In this document: one piece after another, positions 8,920 to 18,823 of the stretch
Position numbering within the stretch: the stretch's first letter is position 1
How the letters are laid out: each line of letters starts with the position of its first letter
Assembly (NCBI GenBank): GCA_963704885.1
Contig: CAVPIB010000004.1
Span: 544,001-608,000, forward strand
DNA length: 64,000 bases
DNA from: an uncultured Actinomycetes bacterium
GTDB taxonomy: Bacteria; Actinomycetota; UBA4738; HRBIN12
Reading direction: 5' to 3'
The notes under the pieces: model-generated
Seen by the model: the letters and a program-made list of their open reading frames with translations, nothing else
What the model was told of the DNA's origin: nothing
The model's database searches: none
Translations under genes and position numbers: made by a program

Positions 8920-11478
8920 CTACGTCGAGAACGCCTCGGCCAGGTCGACGGTCGTACGTTCCCTCAGCGCGACCGCCGTGCGCTGGCGTTCGAGCATCTG
9001 ATCGAGCATCAGCCCTGCCTGCGGGATCTGGTGCGAACCGAAGAAAGACTCGACGTCTACCTGCTGCTCGGGGAGCGATAGGAACCGGACGCCGGATACC
9101 AGCGAGATCATGTTGGACGCGGCGAACCGCTCCCCCTCCTCGTCCCAATGGTCGGCGATGAACCGCCAGGCCCGGTTGCCCAGGTCCCGGTGCACCGTGG
9201 CCTGCGCCAACAGGAACGGCGCGTCCTGCGGTCGGACCTCGTCCGAGAGCGTCGCCGCGAGCACCTGATCGAACAGGCCGGGATCGGTGAAGCGAGCCAG
9301 CGCGAAGAGGTACCGCAGCTGCTCTTGGGGCGTGGAGCCGTCGTGAACCATGCGCCGGAACGTGGCGAAGTCGCCGGCATCGCCGTTGGCGGCAACGACC
9401 TGGACGGCCGCCGCGGCCAGGTGGGCATCGACGTCGCCACCGGCGCGCGCCTCACCCTCCAGCTCGCGCATCTGAGCTTTGGCCTCGGGGTCGTCTCCGA
9501 GCACGGCGAGCGCCTGAGCCAGCGTTCCCCGAAGAGCCCTCGTGAGATCCGCTTCATCGGGGCCGGGCTCCCAGCCCAGGCGTTCGAGCGACGGCCTCAG
9601 GAAGTTCCGGACGTAGTCGCGGAACCGATCGCGGGGAGCGCCGGACATGAACCGGTCGCACCAAGAGAGGCCCGACAGGATCAGTTGCCAGACGGGCAGG
9701 TCGGTCTCGGTTGCGAACCCCTCCACGAACCGGCAGAACGACGAGGCGCTCGTGGTTCCATCGGTGACGGCCGCCCAGGCGTCGTCCACCAGAGCGTAGC
9801 GCTCGAGCGGACTCAGCTCCCGCTGTGCGTTCTCCGCCAGTCGCGACGCTAGCTCTTCGTCGTACCAGACCCGTACGAAGCCGAACCCACCCGCGTTAGC
9901 CACCACGACCGCGTCGGGGGCAAGGAGCGGAAGGGTCGTGCCGTCCGGCTCGATGAGAACGGCCTCGGTCGAGGAGCTCCCGTCCGGCGCGGTCTGGCGC
10001 ACCAACAGCGGCACCGTCCACGCGGCCTGGTCGTCACGGCGCGACGGCAGGTATCGGCGCTGCGAGAAACGCACCACGTCGCCGTCTAGAGCCACCGAGA
10101 TCAGCGGGTAACCGCCCTGCCAGATCCAGCTGTCCATGATCCGCCTGACAGGCTCTCCGGTCTCCTCCTCGAGCGCGTCCCACAGATCGTGGGTCTCGGC
10201 GTTGCCGTAGGCGTGCTTGCCGAGGTAACGACGTATCCCATCACGGAAGCGGTCCCCTCCCAGGTACTGCTCCAGCATCCGAAGGATGGCGCCGCCCTTC
10301 AGATAGGTGAGCGTGTCGAACATCCCGTTGGCGTCGTCGGGCGAGTGCACCGGGTACTCGATCGGTCGCGTCGACTCGAGCGCGTCCACCTCCAGCGCGG
10401 CCGTCCGGGACCGCGCGAATTGGTTCCAGACGTCCCAATCCGGGCGGTACGCGTCCACTGCCAGCATCGACATGAACGTGGCGAAGGCCTCGTTCAGCCA
10501 CAGGCCGTTCCACCAACGCATCGTTACCAGGTCACCGAACCACATGTGCGCCAGCTCGTGCGCCACGGTCTCGGCCACGTTCAGCTGCTCGTTGTGCGTG
10601 GAGGTGTCCGTGTCCAACAACAGCGCGGATTCCCGGTACGTGATGCAACCCAGGTTCTCCATGGCGCCCTGGGCGAAGTCCGGCAGCGCCACGTGGTCGA
10701 CCTTGCGATCGGGGTATGGGATGCCGTAATAGGCCGCGAACCAGTTCAGAGAATGCGCGCCGACGTCCAGCGCGAACGCTGCCAGGTGCTCCTTGCCGGG
10801 CACCAGCGCCACACGGGTCGGAACCCCACCGGCGTCCACCGGATCGGTCAGCTCCAGGCGACCCACCACGAACGCAACCAAGTAGGTGGACATGGACATC
10901 GTGTCGGCGAAGCGAACGCTGACCCGGCCGTCGTCGAGCGCCCGGCGCTCGATCTCGGGGCCGTTCGACAGGGCGGTCAACCCCGCGGGGACCACCAGCG
11001 TCACGCCGAAGACCGACTTGAGGTCGGGCTCGTCCCAGCAAGGGAAGGCGCGCCTGGCGTCGGTCGCCTCGAAGTGCGTGGTCGCGATGACCTCGGTTCC
11101 TCCGTCTTCACCCTCATAGGTAGAGCGGTAGAAGCCCACCAGCTTGTCGTTCAGCTCCCCGCTGAAGTCGAGGTGGAGGGACCATTCGCCGACCTCGACA
11201 GTCGCGTCCAGCTCCAGATGCGCCCGCTCGGTCTCCTCGTCCAGACGCACCTTGGAGATCTGGACCCTGCGCCCGTCCGATGCCGCGATCCATCCCCCCG
11301 AGACGTCAAGATCGACCGAGTTCAAGACGACCTCGGTCACCGGCTCGTGGACGGTGACGGCCACGTCCTGGCTGCCCACGAACGTTCCCGCCGCCAGGTC
11401 GGGCTCGAGGGTCAGGTCGTAGCGGTTCGGCGTTGCGGTTCGCGGCAGGCGGTACCGGGCTTCGGTGTCCTCGGTCAT
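8920..11478 (-). CDS. M1 family aminopeptidase with ERAP1-like C-terminal domain
   Basis: GAMEN, HELAH-x18-E (WLNEAF), YLKG; ATG 11478 after GGAGG SD. Confidence 0.95.
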   Translation of the reverse strand: MTEDTEARYRLPRTATPNRYDLTLEPDLAAGTFVGSQDVAVTVHEPVTEVVLNSVDLDVSGGWIAASDGRRVQISKVRLDEETERAHLELDATVEVGEWSLHLDFSGELNDKLVGFYRSTYEGEDGGTEVIATTHFEATDARRAFPCWDEPDLKSVFGVTLVVPAGLTALSNGPEIERRALDDGRVSVRFADTMSMSTYLVAFVVGRLELTDPVDAGGVPTRVALVPGKEHLAAFALDVGAHSLNWFAAYYGIPYPDRKVDHVALPDFAQGAMENLGCITYRESALLLDTDTSTHNEQLNVAETVAHELAHMWFGDLVTMRWWNGLWLNEAFATFMSMLAVDAYRPDWDVWNQFARSRTAALEVDALESTRPIEYPVHSPDDANGMFDTLTYLKGGAILRMLEQYLGGDRFRDGIRRYLGKHAYGNAETHDLWDALEEETGEPVRRIMDSWIWQGGYPLISVALDGDVVRFSQRRYLPSRRDDQAAWTVPLLVRQTAPDGSSSTEAVLIEPDGTTLPLLAPDAVVVANAGGFGFVRVWYDEELASRLAENAQRELSPLERYALVDDAWAAVTDGTTSASSFCRFVEGFATETDLPVWQLILSGLSWCDRFMSGAPRDRFRDYVRNFLRPSLERLGWEPGPDEADLTRALRGTLAQALAVLGDDPEAKAQMRELEGEARAGGDVDAHLAAAAVQVVAANGDAGDFATFRRMVHDGSTPQEQLRYLFALARFTDPGLFDQVLAATLSDEVRPQDAPFLLAQATVHRDLGNRAWRFIADHWDEEGERFAASNMISLVSGVRFLSLPEQQVDVESFFGSHQIPQAGLMLDQMLERQRTAVALRERTTVDLAEAFST

Positions 11479-11571
11479 CGCGGTTCCCCTCCGAACCTCA
11501 CGCACGCACGGCGAGGAATGCTACTCCAGCCGCAGAAGCCCGACCTTCCCGTTCCTTGCACTCGCGGATCG

Positions 11572-12495
11572 TCAGTTCACGTGGGTGAGCCAGTCCGCGT
11601 ACTTCTCGGTCTCCCCCTTGGTGGCGGCGAAGAACGCCCCCTGGAGCTCCTTCGTGACGGGCCCGCGGTGCCCCTCTCCGACCACCCTGTCGTCCACCTC
11701 CCGGATCGGCGTGATCTCGGCGGCGGTCCCTGAGAAGAAGCACTCGTCCGCGTTGTAGAGGTCGCTCCTGACCAGGTTCTCCTCGCGGACCTCGTAGCCA
11801 AGATCACGCGCGATCTGGATCACCGAGCCGCGCGTGATGCCGTCGAGACAGCCCGCCTGTGTGGGCGGCGTGGTGAGCATGCCGCTCCGCACGATGAACA
11901 CGTTCTCGCCGGAGCCGTCCGTTATGAACCCCTGCTCGTTCAGCATGATGGCCTCGTCGTACCCGGCCTTCAGCGACTCCATCTTGGCGAGCACGCTGTT
12001 GATGTACTGGCCCGTGGCCTTGGCCGCCGCCGGCATCGAGTTCTGCCCGTTGCGACGCCAACTGCTGATCTTGATGCGCACGCCCTGCTCTAGCGCGTCC
12101 TCGCCCAGGTAAGCACCCCACGGCCAGACGGCGATGATCACGTTCACAGGCGCGTTCAGCGGGTTCACCCCCATCTCGCCATAGCCGCGGATCACGAGCG
12201 GACGTATGTAGCAGGCGTTCAGGCCGTTCGCGCGGATCACGTCCTTCATGCCCTCGCCGACGGCCTCGACCGCGAAGGGGATGTCCAGGTGATAGAGCTT
12301 CGCGCTGCGGTAGAGGCGGCGGAGGTGCTCGTCCATGTGCCAGACGGCCGCGCCGCCAGCGGTCTCGTACGCGCGGATGCCTTCGAATACGCCGGTGCCG
12401 TAGTGCAGCGCGTGGGAGAGCACGTGGATCTTGGCGTCAGCCCAGTCCACGAGCTCACCGTCCATCCAGATCTTCTCGACCTGCGTGATCGGCAC
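11572..12495 (-). CDS. ilvE: Branched-chain amino acid aminotransferase
   Basis: HALHYGTGVFEGIRAY, YIRP, AKATGQY, LDGITR, GTAAEITP; GTG 12495 after GAGGAG. Confidence 0.95.
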   Translation of the reverse strand: MPITQVEKIWMDGELVDWADAKIHVLSHALHYGTGVFEGIRAYETAGGAAVWHMDEHLRRLYRSAKLYHLDIPFAVEAVGEGMKDVIRANGLNACYIRPLVIRGYGEMGVNPLNAPVNVIIAVWPWGAYLGEDALEQGVRIKISSWRRNGQNSMPAAAKATGQYINSVLAKMESLKAGYDEAIMLNEQGFITDGSGENVFIVRSGMLTTPPTQAGCLDGITRGSVIQIARDLGYEVREENLVRSDLYNADECFFSGTAAEITPIREVDDRVVGEGHRGPVTKELQGAFFAATKGETEKYADWLTHVN

Positions 12496-12584
12496 CGTGG
12501 ACCCTCCTCGTCTCGACCGGACGCGGAACAGCGCCCGGAGATGTGCTGGACAGGATATCGGCAACCGGACGGCCCCGGCAGGAG

Positions 12585-13382
12585 TCAGCCGGGCAGGTCG
12601 TACGCGCGCCAGACCGTCGTCCATTCCCCGAGCGGGATCTCATCGAGGGGGCCGTAGCGCTCCTCCGCCCAACGACGGACCTCAGCGGCGGTACGCGACA
12701 GGACGTCGGGGTCCTCCACCTGCCAGGTCCACGAATAGGCGTTATCCGCGATACCGTCGATGAACACGCCCGGGCCGTCGCGCTGCATCTCGCGGATCGG
12801 GGGCAGGTCGCGGCAAGCGAGACCGAGCGCCCCCGCCGCCTCATCCAGCTGGTCGTAGTCGTCCCACCTGAGCCCCGGGGGCTGGGTCGACACGCCCGTG
12901 AGTTCTGCGAACCGATCGCGGATCTCCAATCGCTGACCACCCCAGCTCGCCAGCGATGTCAGGAGGACGCCTCCTGGCCGGACGACGCGGACCATCTCGG
13001 TCAGCGCGTCCCGCCACGCAGGGATCACATGTAGCACCCACCGCAGGTAGGCGCCGCCGAACGCGTCGCTGCGAAACGGCATCAGGGTCGCGTCGCCCTG
13101 TACGAGCGGGAACGGCGAGCGACCACCCGCCTTCTCGATGAGCTTGTCCATCATGGGGCGAGCGAGATCCAGACCTACGACCGAGACGCCGGACGCATGG
13201 AGTGGGAGCGCGAGTTGACCTGTCCCCACTCCGACCTCCAGCGCGCGTCCTCGTCCGCCGAGCTCGCCTACGAGCAGATCGATCGTCTGGCGCAGGCCCT
13301 CCAGCGTGCCCGCGCGCGTGCGGTCGTAGTGCTCCGCGGCTCGATCGAACCCGACGGAGGGGGCGTCCGGACGGTCGCTCAC
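12585..13382 (-). CDS. Class I SAM-dependent methyltransferase (paralog 2)
   Basis: LEVGVGTG motif I, GDAT-PF, VRVVRPGG; GTGA coupling to the upstream paralog. Confidence 0.88.
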   Translation of the reverse strand: MSDRPDAPSVGFDRAAEHYDRTRAGTLEGLRQTIDLLVGELGGRGRALEVGVGTGQLALPLHASGVSVVGLDLARPMMDKLIEKAGGRSPFPLVQGDATLMPFRSDAFGGAYLRWVLHVIPAWRDALTEMVRVVRPGGVLLTSLASWGGQRLEIRDRFAELTGVSTQPPGLRWDDYDQLDEAAGALGLACRDLPPIREMQRDGPGVFIDGIADNAYSWTWQVEDPDVLSRTAAEVRRWAEERYGPLDEIPLGEWTTVWRAYDLPG

Positions 13383-14185
13383 CTGGCCGTGGGGAGCAAC
13401 CGATCCGGTATGTCGAACGCCCACCATTCCACGAGGTACTCGGGCTCGACCGGACGATCCAGGTCTCCGAACCGACGATGGAGCCACGAACGGACGCGGC
13501 TCACGGCGTGGAGTCGGTCGCGCTCCGACGCGCGCCACGTCCAGGTGTAGTGTCCGCGCTCGATGTGATGCAGGAACCGGTTCAATGTTAGGCCCCGCCG
13601 TCCCCTGACCGGCGGCAGTCGCCGCCCCTTCGCGCCCAGCTCCGCCATCTTCGCGGCCAGTGAGTTGGGATCGTTCGGAGACAGACCCACGGCCAGCGGC
13701 AGGTCGCCTGCCTCGCGAAGGAATCGCTCCTGCACCTCTCCGTACAGACCGGAGTAGTCGGTGATGCTGGCAAGGAAACGACCGCCGGGACGCACCACCC
13801 TCACGACCTCTGCGAGCGCCGCATGCCAGTCAGGGATCAGATGCAGCACGTGGCGAAGGTACGCGCCATCGAACGCAGCGTTGCGGAATGGGAGACGCGT
13901 CGCATCTGAAACGGCCAGACCTATCCGACTCGAGGGGCTCTTGTCTTGCAGGGCATGGAGCATCGGCTGCGACAGATCGATCCCGTCGACTCGGAGCCCG
14001 CGTGCCGAGAGCGGCAGAGCGATCAAGCCGGTTCCCACACCGACCTCCAACACGTGCTGGCAGCCACGCATCTGAGAGGCCAACAGATCGATCGTGGAAC
14101 GAAGGGCGTCCTGGGACAAGCCGCGGGTCTCGTCGTAGAAGTCGACGGTGTGATCGAAAGCGAGTGGATCTCCGCGCTCTGCCAA
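13379..14185 (-). CDS. Class I SAM-dependent methyltransferase (paralog 1)
   Basis: LEVGVGTG, DATRLPF, VRVVRPGG; TTG start 6 nt after TAGTAT. Confidence 0.88.
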   Translation of the reverse strand: MAERGDPLAFDHTVDFYDETRGLSQDALRSTIDLLASQMRGCQHVLEVGVGTGLIALPLSARGLRVDGIDLSQPMLHALQDKSPSSRIGLAVSDATRLPFRNAAFDGAYLRHVLHLIPDWHAALAEVVRVVRPGGRFLASITDYSGLYGEVQERFLREAGDLPLAVGLSPNDPNSLAAKMAELGAKGRRLPPVRGRRGLTLNRFLHHIERGHYTWTWRASERDRLHAVSRVRSWLHRRFGDLDRPVEPEYLVEWWAFDIPDRLLPTAR

Positions 14186-14227
14186 GACCCCATACTAGCC
14201 AACCGTTCCGTCGACGGGGTCCCGACT

Positions 14228-15388
14228 TCAAGACACCGGGATGCGCTTCTCCGGATCCACGAACGGAAGGGTGGCGACCGTCGCCCGACGAGGTCCGGCC
14301 GACGAACTCACCTCCAGCTCGGTACCCGCCGCCATGTACCCCGTGGGGACCCACGCATACCCGATGTTGCGCTCGAGGCGCGGGGACCAAGCGCCCGCGG
14401 TGACGCGTCCGATCCGTCCACCGCCACCCGCCGCGTGGACCGGCCACACGTCGTTCAGCGCGCCCTCCTCCGTCATCGGCTCTCCCCCTATGTCGATCCC
14501 CACGAGCTTGCGATCCACACCGGTCTCCGCCACCCGCGCGAGCGCGGCCTTCCCTATGAAATCCGCCTCCTGATCAAGCTCCACGAACCTCTCCAACCCG
14601 CTGATGTGGAACGGCGTGTCCTCCACGCCCATATCGCTGCCGTAGTTGAAGATCCCCGCCTCGATCCGACGGGCCTCGGACGGAGCGATGGCGCGGATGC
14701 CGAAAGGCTCACCGGCCTGTCGTACCCGTTCCCACAGGTCGTCTCCGCGGGAGCTGTCCCGCAGGTAGATCTCATAGCCGACCTCACCCGTCCACCCGGT
14801 GCGAGAAACCACGACCGGGATACCATCTACATCTGTTTCGGCGCACCAGTAGTAACGAAGATCGCGCACGGCATCGCCGAAGAGCGCGCCGATGACTTCC
14901 TTCGACCTGGGCCCCTGCACCTGCATGGGGGCGACGTCGGCCTCGCGGATCGTGACGTCCATGTTGCGGCCTGCCGCGACACCGGCTGCGAACAGCAGGG
15001 CGTCACTGTCGGCGAGAGCCAGCCAGAAGTGGTTCTCCCCCAGCCGCAGCAGCACCGGGTCGTTCACGATGCCCCCGTCGGCGGCCGTGAGCAGGACGTA
15101 CTTACACTGCCAGACGGCACAAGCCGTGAGATCCCGGCAGGTGATCAGGTTCGTCAGCTCGAACGCGTCTGGCCCGGTGATCTCCACGCACCGCTCCACG
15201 CTGACATCCCACATCGTGACGTCATCCAGGAGCGCCCAGTACTCGGCGACCGGGTCGTCGTAGAGCGTGGGCAGCAGCATGTGGTTGTACAGGCCCCAGC
15301 TCTTGCAGCCGGCCCGCTTGGTCGCCTCGAAGTACGGCGACTTCCGATACCAGGGCTGGATGTAGAACGTGAACGTTTCGGATGCCAA
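14228..15388 (-). CDS. GcvT-family aminomethyltransferase, DmdA-like clade (paralog B)
   Basis: YNHMLLP, WDVSVER-VEITGPDA, NDPVLL, ADSD, QGP, SRTGWTGEVGYEIY, RIEAG; SD GAGGA before TTG. Confidence 0.88.
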   Translation of the reverse strand: MASETFTFYIQPWYRKSPYFEATKRAGCKSWGLYNHMLLPTLYDDPVAEYWALLDDVTMWDVSVERCVEITGPDAFELTNLITCRDLTACAVWQCKYVLLTAADGGIVNDPVLLRLGENHFWLALADSDALLFAAGVAAGRNMDVTIREADVAPMQVQGPRSKEVIGALFGDAVRDLRYYWCAETDVDGIPVVVSRTGWTGEVGYEIYLRDSSRGDDLWERVRQAGEPFGIRAIAPSEARRIEAGIFNYGSDMGVEDTPFHISGLERFVELDQEADFIGKAALARVAETGVDRKLVGIDIGGEPMTEEGALNDVWPVHAAGGGGRIGRVTAGAWSPRLERNIGYAWVPTGYMAAGTELEVSSSAGPRRATVATLPFVDPEKRIPVS

Positions 15389-15437
15389 GTGATCCTCCTC
15401 GAGTGCCGTTCGCCGGACGCTACCGCAGTCCGTGCGG

Positions 15438-15980
15438 TCAGTTCACGCTCGGATCGAGGGGCATCAGGCGCAGCAGATCGAACGCGTGCCCTTTGCGCCT
15501 GAGGACGTCCTCCCATAGACGCGACGGGTCGGCGGCGAAGACGTCGGCGGGGAGCGCCGGCTCCACGATCCAAGCGTCCTCGGCCAGCTCGGCTTCCAGC
15601 TGCCCAGGTCCCCATCCGGAGTACCCCGCGAACACCCTCGCCCGACGGATCGAGCGCTCGATCTCGGGGCCCGACTCGGGCGGCAGGAACCCGATCGAAT
15701 CCAGCGCCACGATCTCGGCGACCCCCGGGTCGGCGAAGTCTGCCATCACGACGGCCGCCTCCGGCTGCACCGGTCCGCCGACGAAGAGCGGCTCGTCGGT
15801 CGCCACGAGCGATCCGAGCTCCGGGATGGCCTCCGCCACCGTCGCGCCGGTCACGCTGTTGAGGACCACGCCCACCGCCCCGTCGTCGTCGTGGTGCGCG
15901 ATCAGGACCACGGTCCGGCGGAAGTTGGGGTCCCAGAGCGTGGCGTTCGCGATCAACAGATGTCCACGAAGGCTCTCCAC
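15438..15980 (-). CDS. YqgE/AlgH (UPF0301) family protein
   Basis: DPNFRRTVVL, GAVGVVLN, GGPV, GYSGWGPGQLEAE, DPSVN; start estimated at GTG 15980. Confidence 0.9.
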   Translation of the reverse strand: MESLRGHLLIANATLWDPNFRRTVVLIAHHDDDGAVGVVLNSVTGATVAEAIPELGSLVATDEPLFVGGPVQPEAAVVMADFADPGVAEIVALDSIGFLPPESGPEIERSIRRARVFAGYSGWGPGQLEAELAEDAWIVEPALPADVFAADPSRLWEDVLRRKGHAFDLLRLMPLDPSVN

Positions 15981-16030
15981 TACACCATCATCGCCTGCGC
16001 CCGGCAGATGTGCCACTAGTCTGTTCCAGA

Positions 16031-17185
16031 CTAGCCCTTCGGCACATCCTTCTTCGGGTCGAGGAACGGTAGCGGGACGACGGTCGCCGACATCACGTCG
16101 GTGGGCGAAGCGATCTGGAGCGGGGTCCCCTCGGCCGCGAGCCCGATAGGCACCCAGGCGTATCCCATGTTGAGATCGAGCCTGGGTGAGAAGGACGCCG
16201 AGGTCAGCCGGCCCACGGCGTGGCCGCCGCTCATGACGGGCCAGAAGTCCTCGAGCCACATCGGGAGCGGTGGGCCGTCGATCTTCACACCGACGAGCTT
16301 CTTCGTCACTCCCCTGGCGGCGATCTGCTCCAAGGCGTCGCGTGAGACCACGACGTTGTCGTTCTCGAGCTCCACGAGACGCTCCAGACCGGTCACTTCG
16401 AACGGGTTGTTAGTGGCGTCCATGTCGTTGCCGTAGTTGAAGATCCCGGCCTCCATCCGGCGCTGGTCGCTCGGCGCGATCGGCCGGATCTCGAACTCCT
16501 GCCCCGCCTCGATCACCTTGTCCCAAAGATCGAGCCCTCGGCTCGATTCTCGAAGGTAGATCTCGTACCCCACCTCGCCGGTCCACCCGGTCCGCGAGAC
16601 GACCACCGGGATGCCATCGACCTCGGTCTCCGCGCACCAGTAGTACTTCAGGTCGGTCACGTCGTCGCCGAAGAGCTTGCGGATAACGTCCTTCGACTTC
16701 GGTCCTTGCACTTGGAGCGGCGAGACGTCGGGCTCCCGCAGTTCGACGTCCATCCCCGCGAACGCCTGCACACCCTTCGCATACAAGAGGGCGTCCGAGT
16801 CGGCGAGCGATAGCCAGAAGTGATCTTCGGCGAGCTTCAGCAGGATCGGATCGTTGACTATCCCACCATCCTGCGCGCAGATCAGCACGTACTTGCACTG
16901 GCCCACCGCGGTGTTGGACAGATCGCGTGGCGTGAGCAGCTGGGTGAACCGGGCCGCATCAGGCCCGGTGATCTCGACCTGCCGCTCCACGGCCACGTCC
17001 CACAGGGTCACGTGGTTCAGCAGGTGCCAGTACTCCTTCAGGTCGTCGTCGTAGAGCGTGGGGATGAGCATGTGGTTGTACAGATCCCAGCTGGTGCACC
17101 CGGCCTCCACGGTCCGCAGGTAATAGGGGGACTTGCGGTACCACGTGGCCATGTAGAACGGGAACGTCGTGTGCTGATCCGTCAT
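16031..17185 (-). CDS. GcvT-family aminomethyltransferase, DmdA-like clade (paralog A)
   Basis: YNHMLIP, WDVAVERQVEITGPDA, LTPRDLS, NDPILL, SLADSD, EPDVSPLQVQGP, SRTGWTGEVGYEIY. Confidence 0.88.
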   Translation of the reverse strand: MTDQHTTFPFYMATWYRKSPYYLRTVEAGCTSWDLYNHMLIPTLYDDDLKEYWHLLNHVTLWDVAVERQVEITGPDAARFTQLLTPRDLSNTAVGQCKYVLICAQDGGIVNDPILLKLAEDHFWLSLADSDALLYAKGVQAFAGMDVELREPDVSPLQVQGPKSKDVIRKLFGDDVTDLKYYWCAETEVDGIPVVVSRTGWTGEVGYEIYLRESSRGLDLWDKVIEAGQEFEIRPIAPSDQRRMEAGIFNYGNDMDATNNPFEVTGLERLVELENDNVVVSRDALEQIAARGVTKKLVGVKIDGPPLPMWLEDFWPVMSGGHAVGRLTSASFSPRLDLNMGYAWVPIGLAAEGTPLQIASPTDVMSATVVPLPFLDPKKDVPKG

Positions 17186-17188
17186 AGT

Positions 17189-18805
17189 TCAGCCTTTCGG
17201 TCGTGATCGCTTCATGTGTTTGCGGTCCTTCTTGATCTCCCTCACGCAGTTGTACGCGGGGATGCCGGTCACTCCCCCGCCCGCGTGCGTGGCGCTGGAG
17301 CACTGGTAGAGACCGCGGATCGGGGTGCGGTAGTCCGCATAGCCCGGCGCGGGGCGCATGTGGAACAGCTGCTCCGCGGAGAGCTCACCGTGGAAGATGT
17401 TCCCGCCGATCAGTCCCCATTCGTGCTCCATGTCGTACGGACCGATCACCTGCCGATGCAGGACGCTGTCCGCGAACCCGGGCGCCAGCTCGTCATAGCC
17501 GGCGATGACACGGTCGGCGTAAGCCTCCAGCTCATCGTGGTGTGGCTCCTCGCTCCACTCGTGCGGTACCCACTGCGTGAAGAGCGAGATCACATGCTTG
17601 CCCTCGGGCGCGAGCGATCGATCATGCACTGTGGGGACGACGCCGTCCGAGAACGGCAGCGTCGCAGACCGTCCCGAGCGCGCCTCCTGGAACGCCTCCT
17701 CCAGGTACGCGACCGAGTGCGCGAGCTCCACACCCCCCGACTGATCCGTCAGCTCCGGGAACGAAGTGAACACCGGCAGGCGATCGAGCGCGCAGTTGAC
17801 CTTCACTACACCGCTGCGCGAGTTCCACGACTCGATGTCACGAACGAAGTCGGCCGGGAGCTCGGATGGTTCGAGCTGCTGCAGGAAGGTGATCCGAGGA
17901 TGGACGGCGGTGACGACCAAGGGCGCGAGCAACTCTTCACCGTCGTCGAGCGTGACGCCGCGGGCCGCACCCCCGACGGTCAGGATGCGCGCGACGCGCG
18001 CGTGGGTCCGCACCTCCGCACCGAACGTTCGCGCGCTGGACTCAAGTGCCGCCGAGACCGCGCCCATCCCGCCCTCCGGCACCGCCCATGCGCCGAGGTT
18101 TCCGTTACCTACGTCACCGATCGAGTGGTGGGCCATCACGTAGCCAGTGCCCGGCTGGTGGGGTCCCGCCCAAGTGCCGATCAGGCCGTTCAACGACATG
18201 ACCGTCTTCACCTGGTCCGACTCGAAGAATCGGTCCAGGATGTCCACGATCGACATGGTCATCAGGCGGGTGACGTCTCCGATCGTCCTCACGTCGAGCC
18301 CACGGAATCTCCACGCGAGTCGCAGCTGTTCGAAGAGGTCTCTCGGCCGCTTCGAACCGAACGTCGGCGGCGTGGTCATGAGAAGCGGGCCGAGCACCTC
18401 CGCCAGTCCGCCGATCCACGCGCTCCACCGCTCGATCGCATCGGCGTCGTGCTTCGAGAACTTGGCGAACTCGTCGTAGTTCAGTGACGGATCGTCGTAC
18501 TGCACGATGCAGCGCCCATCGGGGAACGGCAGGAAGTAGGGCCCGGTCGGATGCACGCGGTATCCGTGCCGCTCCATCTGCAGATCGCGAAGGATCGTGT
18601 CGGGCATCAGGCTCATCACGTAGCTGAGCGTGGTGACCTTGAACTCGGGCGCCTCCGGCCAAGGGGCCATGGTGTCGGCCGCGCCCCCTGTCTTGTGCCG
18701 GGCCTCCAGGACGACCGTTCGCGCGCCGGACTTGGCCAGGTATGCAGCCGCCACGAGGCCGTTGTGGCCCCCGCCGATCACGATCGCGTCGTAGATGTCC
18801 GTCAT
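17189..18805 (-). CDS. Phytoene dehydrogenase-like (PYROXD2-like) FAD-dependent oxidoreductase
   Basis: N-terminal GGGHNGLVAAAYLA dinucleotide fold, GGMGAVS, GGNIFHG, YRTPIRGLY-HAGGGVTG. Confidence 0.88.
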   Translation of the reverse strand: MTDIYDAIVIGGGHNGLVAAAYLAKSGARTVVLEARHKTGGAADTMAPWPEAPEFKVTTLSYVMSLMPDTILRDLQMERHGYRVHPTGPYFLPFPDGRCIVQYDDPSLNYDEFAKFSKHDADAIERWSAWIGGLAEVLGPLLMTTPPTFGSKRPRDLFEQLRLAWRFRGLDVRTIGDVTRLMTMSIVDILDRFFESDQVKTVMSLNGLIGTWAGPHQPGTGYVMAHHSIGDVGNGNLGAWAVPEGGMGAVSAALESSARTFGAEVRTHARVARILTVGGAARGVTLDDGEELLAPLVVTAVHPRITFLQQLEPSELPADFVRDIESWNSRSGVVKVNCALDRLPVFTSFPELTDQSGGVELAHSVAYLEEAFQEARSGRSATLPFSDGVVPTVHDRSLAPEGKHVISLFTQWVPHEWSEEPHHDELEAYADRVIAGYDELAPGFADSVLHRQVIGPYDMEHEWGLIGGNIFHGELSAEQLFHMRPAPGYADYRTPIRGLYQCSSATHAGGGVTGIPAYNCVREIKKDRKHMKRSRPKG

Positions 18806-18823
18806 AGGAGTAGGAACCGGCTT

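Noticed and set aside
14228-17185. Calling the GcvT-like pair gcvT or dmdA
   Set aside because: No gcvH/gcvP nearby and several DmdA-specific motifs differ; left as family-level calls
17189-18805. Carotenoid desaturase crtI
   Set aside because: No crtB/crtE context; GHNGL and GGNIFHG pattern fits the PYROXD2-like subgroup
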